Positions 37,149 to 49,265 of a stretch of 64,000 nt of DNA are shown piece after piece. The stretch is from Octopus sinensis (Eukaryota). The stretch lies in assembly GCF_006345805.1 (NCBI RefSeq), contig NC_043006.1, positions 23,932,001 to 23,996,000 on the forward strand. Reading direction: 5' to 3'. The notes under the pieces are model-generated. The model did no database searches. It worked only from the letters and a program-made list of their open reading frames with translations, and was not told the origin of the DNA. Every line of letters starts with the position of its first letter. Within the stretch, counting starts at the first letter, position 1. A program made the translations under genes and the position numbers.

Positions 37149-40100
37149 TCCAAAATATAGTTAATTCAAGTTGCTGTAAGCATTAATAAACTAAGCATGA
37201 CTGTGTAGTTAAGAAGTTCACTTCACAACCACTTCACAACCACAAGGTTTCAGGTTCAGTCTCACTTTGACTAAAGCCCTAAAACAACCAGATTTTCGTA
37301 AGTGAATTGGGTAGATGGTTTCAAACACATTACCAATGCAGAAAATTATTCATTTAAAGTAATTACCTAAAACAAAACAGCATTTTTTTTATTTTAAAAA
37401 TAAAATAAAATGAAAATATTAAATAAAGTATTTTTTTCACCATCATCGTTTAACATCCATTTTGTATATATATGCCTTTTTAAAAATCAAAAATGTCCCA
37501 AATATATTTTAACTGCTTCACACTCCACTCATATATTTTGTTCCAGCTTGGTGACTGAAGAGCACAATTGGTAGATAATTTTTACTTATTTCTGATCAGG
37601 AAGCTAAGACTCCCAGTCAGTTTGCTTGGTATCTGGTACTGAAGAGAGCACAAAAAGCCTGAAATTTGTCATAGAATCAATCCTCACCATTTAACTGGTA
37701 TTTAAATGTCTCAAAGCCACACTCCCTCAATAATACTCCCACATCCAGTCAAGGGGCTTTTAGTTTTGCAAGGTACTTGGCGACCCTGTCAGTGCTGGTG
37801 ATGGCATGTAAAAAGCACTAGGGCTGGTGCCATGGAAAACATACCCAGTGCACTCTGTAAAGTGGTTGGCATTAGGAAGGGCATCCAGCTGTAGAAACCT
37901 TGCCAACTCCTGTCAAACCATCCCACCTATGCCAGCATGGAAAACAGACATTAAATGATGATGATGATGAAAGACAAAGTTGACCGTGGCTATACCTTTT
38001 CCATCCTCAAAATAAAGGGGTGAAGCAAAATCAACCAAAGCCAGATTTGAACTAAGAACGTTTAGCTTCAAAGCCTTAACTTTGTAGAAGTGTTTCAGCT
38101 CAGTATATTTTTTAATTTGTTTTTCTCTCAGTCAAACACACGAATGTAAGTCAATTAAGAGATTAATTTCTGACTGATTAGTTTCCGAGTGTATCTTTAC
38201 ACACTGAAATCAGATTACAAAAAAATCATCAACGAACACAGGCTGAACGGCAACTGTTTGGTTAATAAGACAGATTACATAAGACAATTAAGAGAGGTGA
38301 TTATAATTTCACTGTCAGCCTCTGGTTTGCACTGAGTTGTTCAACCAACTACCTGTTTCACATAGGTAGTCATCAGCTCAGTGAGGGACGACTGACAGTT
38401 AAACATCATTGATGTGCCATCAGATGATGATGGTAAGAGCTATTATTATTATTATTATTATAGGCGGTGAGCTGGCAGAATCATTAACACGCTGGACAAA
38501 ATGCTTAGCAGTATTTCACCCGTTGCTACATTCTGAGGTCAAGTTCCACCAAGGTCGACTCTGCCTTTCATCCTTTTGGGATCAATTAAATAAGTACCAG
38601 TTATGCACAGGGGTTGATGTAATTGACTTAATCCCTTCCCACAAATCTGAGCCCTTGTGCTTCCAGTAGAAAGGATTATTATTACTATTATTATTATTAT
38701 TATTAAGGCAGAATCATTAGCACACTGGACAAAATGCTTAGCTACATTCTGAGTTCAAATTCCGCCAAGGTCAACTTCATCTTTCATCCTTTCGGGGTCA
38801 ATGAAGTACCAGTTGAACACTGGGGTCAACGTAACTGACTCATCCCCACCTCTCCCAAGCTGTCTTTGTGGCAAAAATTATTATTATTATTATTACCACC
38901 ACCACCAGTATGATGCAAAGCTGAGAAGGAAAAACTCAAGTTAAATGCCTTTACAGATTTAAGTTCCAAAGCTACATGTTCTGAGTTCAAATCCAGCCTC
39001 AGTGCTTTCTTTTTTCCCCGCTTTAGTTTCAGAATGTGTGGGGTTTTGGTGCAGGCATGGCTTTGTGGTTAAGGAACTTGGTTTAGTCCCACTGTGCACC
39101 ATCTCAGGCAAGTGTCTTTCATTGCAGACCTGAATCAACCACTGTCTTACGAGTGAATTCAGTAGATGGAAACTGGGTGGAAGCCTGTCACGTGTATGCA
39201 TGTGTATGTGTGTTGTGTTGTGCTGCATTGCATTGTGTAATGTTGTTTGTCCCTGCCCCCACTGCCTGACAACCAGTGATGGTTTGTTCATGTCCACGTA
39301 AGTTGGTGGTTTAGCAAAAGGGACCAATAGAATAAGTGCAGATTTAAAAAAAAAAAGGTCCGGGGTCAATCTAAGCAACTAAACCTTTCAGGATGGTACC
39401 CAGTATGGCCAATGACTGAAAACCAACATCATCATCATTTAATACCCATGTTCCATGTAACCATGTAACTCACAAATGAAAGACAAGTGACAGCTATCCC
39501 CCAGGGCTCTGATTCAAAGTCCTCTTACAGCCAAGTTTTCCTTTCCTCTTGGTCATCACTATCCCAAAATTTCTGGCCAGGTGGTTATTTGAAAAAAGCT
39601 CTCAGCAGTCTTCCCATTTTCAGGGAATTATTCCTTATTTGAATTTTGATGTTGTAGTTTTGTTTTTCTGTTTCAATTATTTTACGTTTTTTTTTTGCAT
39701 GATTTTACATAATCCTACACTGTATAATCCTACACTGTCCTAAATGTTTTTAATCAACCCTTAGAGGTTAATAATTATTATTGTTGTTGTTGTTGTTAAG
39801 GCAATGAGCTGGCAGAATCGTTTGCATACTGGATGAAATGCTTAGCGGTATTTCACTTGTCTCTATGTTCTGAGTTCAAATTCTGCCATGGTTGACTTTA
39901 CCTTTTGTTCTTTCAGGGTCGATAAAATTAGTACCAGTTGGATACTGGGGTCAGTGTAATCGACTCATCCTCTCCCCCAAAATTGATGCCCTTGCAGCAA
40001 AAATTGAAACCATTATTATTATGTGAGTTGGCAGAATCTTTACCAGACATTATGCTTCATGGCATTTCCTCAGGCTCTTTCAGTTTTGAGTTCAAACTCC

Positions 40101-40659
40101 TCCAAGGTTAACTTTACCCATTCATCATTTCAGGGTCAATAGAATTATTATCAGTGGAGCACTGATGTCAGTGTAATCAACTAGCCCCTCCTCACCCTTA
40201 TTCATCTATCACCCTTTCCTTTCTCATACATATGTTGAGACGAAGGAAGACACATGAGTATTATTATAGTAGATTATTATTATTATTTTTATTAAAGCAG
40301 TGACTTAGAAGAATCATTAGTGTTCACACGCATATATGACAGTCTTCTTTCAGTTTCCACCAACCATATCCACTCACAAGCCTTTGGTCAGCCTGGGTAT
40401 AATTTCATCAGTGTCTGCTGACAGGGCCACATATATTTCAAGGTGCATCTGGCTTTTTTTTTTCCTTCTGATGAAATTATGCTCATGTCACATAAATGCA
40501 AATTTAATGTACAAATTTGTAATTAAATTATTGAGTATTAATTGAAACAGCTGTAAGAAGTGAAGATGGCCAATTTGTTAATACTAAATAATTGCTAACT
40601 TCCTTATCTCCATTTTATTTTCTTCATTTAACTGGATGGATACATACATATATATATAT

Positions 40660-40925
40660 CCGCTCAGTCAAAGTCGACTCTCAGTCACTCGTTGGATCAG
40701 TGTCCTCCAGTCAGTTCTATCCTGGGCCGCTTCCTTCAGATTGGCCATGTCCATTCCGGTATCACTCCTGATGGTGTCAAGCCAGCGGGTTCTTGGTCGG
40801 CCTCTTCCTCTCTTGCCACTGACCATTCCGAGCATGATGTCCTTCTCCAGGGATTCTCTCCGCATAATATGACCGAAATATGCCAATCTACACTTGGTGA
40901 TCCCAGCTTCTGGTGACATTTTTGG
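40660..40925 (-). mobile_element. RTE (BovB-like) 3' end
   Basis: ORF 40668-40919: CRLAYFGHIMRRESLEKDIMLGMVSGKRGRGRPRTRWLDTI..AAQDRTDWRTLIQRVTESR. Confidence 0.92.
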
Positions 40926-42684
40926 CCTTATCTGCTTAAGAACTTCTCCATTGATATATATATATGCATCTTATATGGTATTTGCAAAGGGAGGTCATCC
41001 CTCTTTCGTAAACCTAAGTGACATGCACGGACTGCAGTTTCTAGGTATTTGCCTGTCTTCGGCGTACGGCAGTCACCAGTTTATGATGAAAGGGAGACCT
41101 GTTTGCAAATACTTATAGGTTTTTCTAGTGACTTCCGTCACTGATTTCGAAAAACTGTCTGCAAGCAATAATAAATCTCTGAACGAGATGTAAACAGTAA
41201 CTGCTCGACAACGTAAAGTATACTAGCCATCTCAATATGGCTAACCACTAATGGTATGTCTGAAAATTACTCAGTTACAAGGTGACATTGTTGTGATTTT
41301 TCCTGTGAAGTAATTGTTTGTTCACTGGCTTTGCAACAAGAATCTCAATTCCTCAATAATATAATCATCTAACCCATGCTGACATGAAAAAAAAAAACAG
41401 ACGTAAGATTGAATGAATGATCAAACCTCAAACCCAGTACATGGCACCTTGGGCAAGCGTCTACTACTATACCTCTGGACCGACTAATGCCTTACAAGTA
41501 AATTTGATAGACAGAAACTATGTAGAAGCCCGTCATGTGTGTGTGTGTGTGTGTGCGTGCGGATATGTACTTATATGTTTGCGAGTGTCTGTATCCCCAC
41601 TCTCGCTTGACAACCGGTGCTGGTTTGTTTATGTCCTTGAAACTTAATTCAGCAAAAGTGACCACTGCTATAAGTGCCAAATTTTAAGAAATAAAATAAA
41701 TACTGGGGGTTCAATTCGTTCGACTAAACCCTTCGATGCGGTGCCCCAGCATGGCCGCAGTCCAATGCCTGAAACAAGTAGAAAGTAAACAGCCACGTAT
41801 GAGGCAGCATAGCTGAGATGCTTAAGAACATGAGTTCGCGACTTTATGGATCCATGTGTCAAGTCCACGGCATGACATCTTAACCAAGTGTCTTCAACTA
41901 GTCTCGGACTGACCAATATGCTGTATGTGGAATTGGATAAACGTCTCTACACTTCGAAACACCGTCGTCTCTGTATGTGTGTGTGTGTGTGTGTGTGTGT
42001 GCCAGTATAAACCGGTATGGCGAGTTGCATCCCTTTTTGTCAAAAGGTAAAAAAAAAAGCCATCTTAGTCATTCTTCAAAGATCGATAATGTATGTATAA
42101 GACTGAACTAAGTGCTGAGGTCAATATTATCGACTAAAAGTCTTGAAGGTGTTGCCCCAGCAAGGACGTAGTCTTATGGGCTGCAGCCATTAAAGAATAC
42201 AAAACATACACAGTATTGATTTGCGTTTGAAAATTTAAACAAAGGTGTACGTGTGGAGAGAGAGAGAAACAGAAACAGTCATAAACTAGTGTGACGTATG
42301 CCATTTTGTGCGTGTCTGTGACAAACGATATATACCGACAAGTATACAAAATACATATCGATATCAACGCACGCACGCACTAGCAGCATAAGCTGGGCCA
42401 TGCCTAACAACTGACGGCAGTCTGTCCAATTAATTATTCATCAAAGGTTAAGCCTCGACTTCTCGAAGTGAAAAGATCAAATGACCGGATACTGAGAGGT
42501 CAGCTAAAAATGTCAGCTCTCGTTCACAGCGCCCGAAATGCTAGAAAGCATGTCTGTCCGTCTCGTCAATGTTTTAAATGTTATCATGTGACGGAGGCTG
42601 AGTCGCTGAGGTCAACCTGGAGTCAACAGAACAAGGCCTTCCAGCCGCGACCATTACTGACTCATACACACACACACACAAACA

Positions 42685-43255
42685 AGGCGGCGAGCTGGCA
42701 GAGTCGTTAGCACGCCGGGCGAAATGCGTATCCGTATTTCGTCTGCCGTTACGTTCTGGGTTCAAATTCCGCCGAGGTCGACTTTGCCTGTCATCCTTTC
42801 GGGGTCGATTAAATAAGTACCAGTTACGCACTGGGGTCGATATAATCGACTTAATCCGTTTGTCTGTCCTTGTTTAGCCCCTTGTGGGTAGTAAAGAAAT
42901 AGATATTTCGTCTGCCGCTACGTTCTGAGTTCAAATTCCACCGAGGTCGACTTTGCCTTTCATCCTTTCGGGGTCGATTAAATAAATACCAGTTACGCAC
43001 TGGGGTCGATATAATCGACTTAATCCGTTTGTCTGTCCTTGTTTGTCCTCTCTGTGTTTAGCCCCTTGTGGGTAGTAAAGAAATAGGTATTTCGTCTGCC
43101 GCTACGTTCTGAGTTTAAATGCCACCGAGATCGACTTTGCCTTTCATCCTTTCGGGGTCGATAAATTAAGTACCAGTTGCATACTGAGGTCGATCTAATC
43201 GACAGGCTCCCTCCCACAAAATTTCGGGCCTTGTGCCTAGAACTGAAAAGAATAT
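42685..43255 (+). mobile_element. SINE family B trimer with CpGs intact
   Basis: One head at about 42685; re-entry at (g)tatttcgtctgcc at about 42902 and 43086; the last unit carries the alternative tail. Confidence 0.92.
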
Positions 43256-43627
43256 ATATATATACATAGATATATATATATATATCGACACGCACACACT
43301 ACATATGTGCGTGTAGATTAAAAGCCGACAAATAAACAGACAGGTTCAAATACAAACTATAAATAGACATCCTATATAAGACATTAAGTGAGTAGATATT
43401 CATTCATAAATATATTTTTACGGACACGTTGACATAAACACACACAAACACAACAGGCGAACGTATAGAGAAAAATGCTGCACATTTTCAAGACAGAAGA
43501 GTGGTTATGTTCATCCTGGTATATAACTGGTTCTTTTTACTTGTTCTTGCCATTAGACTGCGGCCATGCTGGTGCACTGCCTTGAAGAGTTTTAGTCGAA
43601 CAAATCGACTCCAGTACTTTAATTTTT

Positions 43628-43774
43628 GGCGTTCCTTCGGTATTGGTCTACAGAGTTTGGGTGAGAGGAGACGAGGGCATTCGCCCTTTATTTCAATCTG
43701 AAACCCCTTTATCTACGTCAGGAGGGAAGATTGCATGGGCGAATGACGTCATGTACCAATACTGAAGGATTGCC
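43628..43774. mobile_element. 147-bp MITE inserted in a family A SINE
   Basis: 20-bp imperfect TIRs ggcgttccttcggtattggt / accaatactgaaggattgcc; inner attcgccc / gggcgaat; the SINE resumes on both sides. Confidence 0.8.
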
Positions 43775-43962
43775 TAAGATTTTTAAAGTCTGGTACTTAT
43801 TCTACCGGGCTCTTTTACCGAACGTAAATAAACCAACGCCGCTTGTTCAGCAGTGAGAGAGACAGACACACACACACAGTTTCCGTCTATAAAATTCACT
43901 TACAAAGTTTTATGGTTAGCCCGAGGCTATAGTAGAAGACACTTGCCCTAGGTGTCGATAAT

Positions 43963-44042
<80 letters not shown>

Positions 44043-44453
44043 GTATATATGGGTACAGAATGTCACCAAACAGTAAACAGCAAAGCTTTTTAAGCACATA
44101 GACACGCCTGTGCCCATAGCTTTCGCCCTAACAACCTTTAAAATGTCACAACATACTGGATACATGGTACAGTACAACAGAATCTCAAGTGGACGGATAA
44201 ATATCGAACAGACCTTGCTTTAGACATTTCTATAAATTCTTTTGCTCTTAATAATTTATTTTATATTTTAAAGTGTATATTTAGGATGTCTCCAAGAAAC
44301 CGAAAAATCCAGAAATTCGAGCCACTTCCAGTCCCAAGCTTGATATTTGATTCGAACCGACAACTGAGGAAGGGTCGTTGTTTTATTTGTCCTTTTTTTC
44401 TCTCTCTCGTTGTTTGCGTATATAAATCATTTGTTAACTCGTGTGTGTGTGCA

Positions 44454-44510
<57 letters not shown>

Positions 44511-44512
44511 CA

Positions 44513-44861
44513 CAAAATAAGCAACAAGGATATCCAATGTAGTGTAGTACAATCGTTTCATGCTACTTGATTTTATTAAAGTAGATTTTTTTTATCAAAA
44601 AATCTACAGATGGAGAAGGACCTTCTACTACCACGTTCTTAATGATAAAATTAACCTCTCTGTCTATATATCTACCCTCTTTGTAATGTTGGCAAATGAA
44701 ATAAGTATAAAAATATACATTGTCCATTTAATTTTTAAAATTCTATATGTGGCTGAAGATTGCTTTACATTTTAAAACTGATGTAATACATTGTTTAATA
44801 AAATGAAGTAGCATGAAACGATTGTACTACACTACCTTGGCTATCCTTGTTGCTTATTTTG
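44513..44861. mobile_element. Element with 68-bp terminal inverted repeats (MITE or tail-to-tail retroelement ends)
   Basis: 44513-44580 is inverted against 44794-44861; TA-rich flanks. Confidence 0.8.
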
Positions 44862-45037
44862 ATTATAATCACCCCATTTGATTTATATGGATAACACCAT
44901 ACCAAATTCTAGTGCCTCTAACTTAAGTACCATATTCATCTGAATCTAAATTTTGCTGAATATATATATATTTCGGTGCGAATGGCTTTGCTAAGCGGTG
45001 CCGAGTTTTACAATTCTGTAAATAATAATAATGGTAT

Positions 45038-45137
45038 TTTTATAAGCATAAAACTTATAGCGATCACCGTGCAAATGCCTAAGGAAAAGGGCCATTTCCC
45101 TTAGCCATTTGCACGGTGATCGCTTTAAGCTTATAAA
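45038..45137. ncRNA. Long hairpin, pre-miRNA-like candidate
   Basis: Perfect 19-bp stem 45059-45077 / 45106-45124, plus ctaagg/ccttag toward the loop and tttataag/cttataaa at the base. Confidence 0.4.
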
Positions 45138-45525
45138 CGTCCGCGTGGCTAAGACCTCCGTGGATGCGAAACCACTGGTCACTATGACTGGAGATTAAAA
45201 TTAATTACTGCTCTATGAGTCGGCGAGGAATTACAGGGGGTCGATGGCAGCCAAGGGGTCGAATGTTGGTCGGCAGGCGAAAGACCAGCTCACCCAGATG
45301 AACTGCCTGAAATTCCTAGTCAGCGCCATGCTCATCCCTCTCATTGATGTTATCAATTTTAATAAAAGATATTCCAGCAATATGATGCGTTTCTTCACAT
45401 TTTCTAACCGTGAAAACAGTTTCATAAAAATTAAAAGTTTAATACTGTATACTCATACACGTAGTTTTATATGTAAAACGTGTGTCATCTTCAATAGAAT
45501 TTCTTAATTTGTCATACATGTATAT

Positions 45526-45760
45526 ATTTCTTTTACTACCCACAAGGGGCTAAACATAGAGGGGACAAACAAGGACAGACAAACGGATTAAGTCGATTAC
45601 ATCGACCTCAGTGCGTAACTGGTACTTATTTAATCGACCCCGAAAGGATGAAAGGCAAAGTCGACCTCGGCGGAATTTGAACTCAGAACGTAGCGGCAGA
45701 CGAAATACCGCTTAGCATTTCGCCCGGTGTGCTAACGTTTCTGTCAGCTCGCCGCCTTTT
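45526..45760 (-). mobile_element. SINE family B with 11-bp TSD
   Basis: tacatgtatat at 45515-45525 and 45763-45773. Confidence 0.92.
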
Positions 45761-45799
45761 TGTACATGTATATTTTAGCTAACATTTTAATTGCCAGCA

Positions 45800-45933
45800 T
45801 CAGTTCCTGGTACGCATTTAAGATATGGTACGGTAGGGTAGAGTATTAAGATATTTTAAATGAGGAGGGTGGTCGATGCGGAAGGAAAAATTGCTAAAGG
45901 GAGTAGATGGTCGAAAAAGTTTGGCGACCCCTG
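45800..45933. mobile_element. hAT-like terminal fragment
   Basis: Ends aaaagtttggcgacccctg (reverse complement caggggtcgccaaac, a hAT-type TIR). Confidence 0.5.
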
Positions 45934-46364
45934 CCTTAGAGTGTTCTTTTTCAGATATATGATACATTGACGAGATAGACATAGAGAAAAGGATGTATAT
46001 TACACACACACAGGATGTGATACAAACAATACGGGTGTGTCATATACACACATAGATATCAGCAAGCATTACTTTGTAGTTAAGACCATCGCATCAAAAC
46101 CACGCGCCTCCTAGTTCGGCCTACCTCTCTCCCGTATTAGGTGTTTGACAACCATTGGATGATTTAACCCATTTAGGAAAAATAGAAATAGATAAAATAA
46201 ATAGTAGACTAAAGTAAGAAACTGGATTGATATGATCGGCCTCAAAAGATAAAAAAATAGAGATGAAGGATCTCTGGCATGGTTGTATTCAAAGACAAGG
46301 AGCAGTGTAAGAACGTGTACGTGCAAAGAGTCAAAAAGAAATTTACACATTCACGATGGATGGA

Positions 46365-46735
46365 TATGTCGAGCTGGCAGAAACGTTAGCGCGCGGGACG
46401 AAGCGCTTTAGCGGTATTTCGTCTGCCGTTACGTTCTGAGTTCAAAAACCGCCGAGGTCGACTGTGCCTTTCATCCTTTCGGGGTCGATTAAATAAGTAC
46501 CAGTTACGCACTGGGGTCGATATAATCGACTTATTCCGTTTGTCTGTCCTTGTTTGTCCTCTCTGTGTTTAGCCCCTTGTGGGTAGTAAAGTTCAAAAAC
46601 TGCCGAGGTCGACTTTGACTTTTATCCTTTCGGGGTCGATGAATTAAGTACCAGTTGCGTACTGAGGTCAATCAAGTCGACCTGTCCCTTCCCCCAAAAT
46701 TGCAGGCCTTGTGCCTAGAGTAGAAAGGATTACAT
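46365..46735 (+). mobile_element. SINE family B dimer
   Basis: Two units; the second re-enters at gttcaaaaactgccgagg. Confidence 0.85.
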
Positions 46736-47302
46736 TTATCCACCCACCGACCCCAATCAGACATCGCTCGTCAAAAGGTGTTGGTTTGTTTATACTATGT
46801 AACTTAGCAGTTCGGCTAAGATATACGATAGAATAAATTCCAGACTTTAAAAAATAAGTACTGGGGAAGATTTGTTCGACTAAAAACGCTTCAAGGTAGT
46901 ACTCTAGCATGGCCGCAGTCCAATGACTGAAACAAGAAGAGAGAAAGATACACACATATACACACACGCGCGCGAGTGCGTGTGTGTGTGAGTGAGTGGT
47001 TAAATCCATATTGTTCCAACGCAATTGCCTAATACTAGCAATACACTACAGAATATTACTAGAATTCTTCGAATTAAGAGCCCCCCAAAAGAGAAAGACC
47101 AGCCTCCACACATCAGCTTATCCTCTATAGGCGTGTAGTGAGCGCCTTCCTATTTATTCCCGAAAAGCACACCACATACATTTGATGGCGGGAGATACCA
47201 GCGTAGCACCACACCACCCTCACCCGCAACAAACTACCGCCCACGGTTCCAGATAAACTTTTCCCTCTCGTCGGCTTCATTTCTCTCATCTTTAATAGTT
47301 CC

Positions 47303-47888
47303 GGTAAATTTTTTGAGTAACACCCGCACTAAGAAAAAGAAAAAAAAAACTCGGATTTTTTGTGTAGAATCAAGTACCCTGACCTAATATGCTGCAAATC
47401 CCTTATTTTGGTTCCGAAAAAAAGCCCCACCCCACCAAGTCCCGGAATCATTGGAATTTTTTTTTTTTTTTTTAATGAATTCCTGTGACCTCCTAATATG
47501 CTACAAAACCCTTATTTTAGTTCCGAAAAAAAGCCCCACCCCACCCCACCCGGAATCATTGGATTTTTTTTTTTTCGTTGAATGAATTCCTGTGACCTCC
47601 TAATATGCTACAAAACCCTTATTTTAGTTCCGAAAAAAAGCCCCACCCCACCCCACCCCACCCGGAATCATTGGAATTTTTTTTTTTTTCGTTGAATGAA
47701 TTCCTGTGACCTCTTAATATGCTGTAAGACCCTTTGGGGGTCCGAAAAACGGGGTGGGGTGAGGTGGAAGCCGCGAAAATTTCACCCCCATCCCAACCCC
47801 CATTGATCTTTTCACTAGGGGAAAAAAACTCGGATTTTTTTGTTTTTTCTTAGTGAAAATCGTGCAGGTGTTACTCAAAAAATTTACC
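47303..47888. mobile_element. TIR-bounded element with an internal minisatellite of about 110 bp (about 3.3 copies)
   Basis: ggtaaattttttgagtaacacc / ggtgttactcaaaaaatttacc; tandem units at about 47380-47720. Confidence 0.7.
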
Positions 47889-48752
47889 ATAGTCCCACCC
47901 CAATCGCAAAAAATTACAAAAAAAAAACATCTCTTTGAACTGAACGTCTTTATCGGAAGCAAGTCTCTGGAGATGGTTGTTTAAATTCTTAGGTCTACCC
48001 AGATGGAGCACACCTTTGGTCAGAAGTATTCCTGTCGTCTACAGAACTATACTGGTTTCAAATTTTGGCACAAGGCCAGCAACTTCGAGACAAGGGTTAA
48101 GCCGACTACATCGACTTCAGTGCCGAAAGGCTTAAAAGGCTAAGTCGATCTCGTCGGAATTTCAACGCAGAACTTAAAGACGGACGAAAAGCCGCTAAAC
48201 ATTTTGCCCATTTTTTTTTCCAAGACACTAACGTATGATTTATTGAAGTGTGGTTGCTATTTCTAGCAGGTCGAGCGACCATGTCTGTAATGGTAATATC
48301 CACGACGAGGTTTGGTTAGTAATTTCTTACAGAGATACAAGGCCAAGAATTTAAAGGACGGAGAACAGTCGATTGTATCGAACCAAGTACTTCACTGGCA
48401 CTTTATTTCATCAACGCCCAAGGCTCACGACAAGAGCGAACACCAGAAAATTAGTGTACAAATATTATTTTCTACTCTAGGCACAAGGCCCGAAATTTTG
48501 CGGGAGGCGGCCAGTCGATTAGATCGACACCGATATGGACCTGGTACTTAATTTACTGACCCGAAAGGCTGAAAGGCAAAGTCGACCTCAGCGGAATTTG
48601 AAGGTGTACAAATATTAGCACGAATGCAAAATATTAGAACAATTCCATTATCATACAAAACAAAATATATTAAAATTAGATAGGTATGTATGATTGTGTA
48701 GTTAAGAAGCTCGCTTGGCAATCAAATACATGATTTCGGGTTTGGTCCCGGT

Positions 48753-49265
48753 AAGACTTCCGCCCGTCCCCCACTCCCTATTTTCTCCCCCAATTTGTTT
48801 ATTTTTGTAATTTTTTTTGTTTGCCAAAAATCCCCGTTCTCGGATACGGAGGTTCTAGAAAATTGCCAAAAATCGGTATTGTGAAATTTCCCCCCGCCCC
48901 ACAACTTCTTCAATTTTGACTTTTTTCCACAACGCTAACCCTAAAACCCTAATCGTAACCGTAAGTACAGAAATGTTTTGAAATTTTTGTCCAATTCATG
49001 ATGTCTGTATTTTTCCGCATATTTAGAGAAAAAAATTCTTTAAAAAAATTTTACAAAGATTTTTGGAAATTTTTTTCAGAATCTCCGTATTTTTCCGCAT
49101 ATTTAAAAAAAGAAAAATTGTAAAAAAATTTGTGGTAATTTAGAAATGTCGATTTTTGCCAATTTTTTTGCAGATTCGTATTCCCCGTAGCCGAAAAGCG
49201 GGGTTTGTGTCAAAAAAAAAAAGGAATTTTTATAAAGGGTGGTTGGGGGGGGGGGCGGAAGTCTT
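48753..49265. mobile_element. Non-autonomous TIR element inserted in a family A SINE
   Basis: 13-bp TIRs aagacttccgccc / gggcggaagtctt; SINE head at left and body at right; internal aaccctaa-like repeats. Confidence 0.7.

Noticed and set aside
41119-41253. AG..GT-bounded plus-strand exon candidate
   Set aside because: Stops in all three frames; no supporting evidence beyond the dinucleotides
45267-45307. H-type pseudoknot tggtc/gacca plus ggcag/ctgcc
   Set aside because: Two 5-bp stems with atypical loop geometry are expected by chance
48935-48965. Telomere-like aaccctaa repeats
   Set aside because: Only 2-3 degenerate units, inside a TIR element; not a telomere or telomerase template
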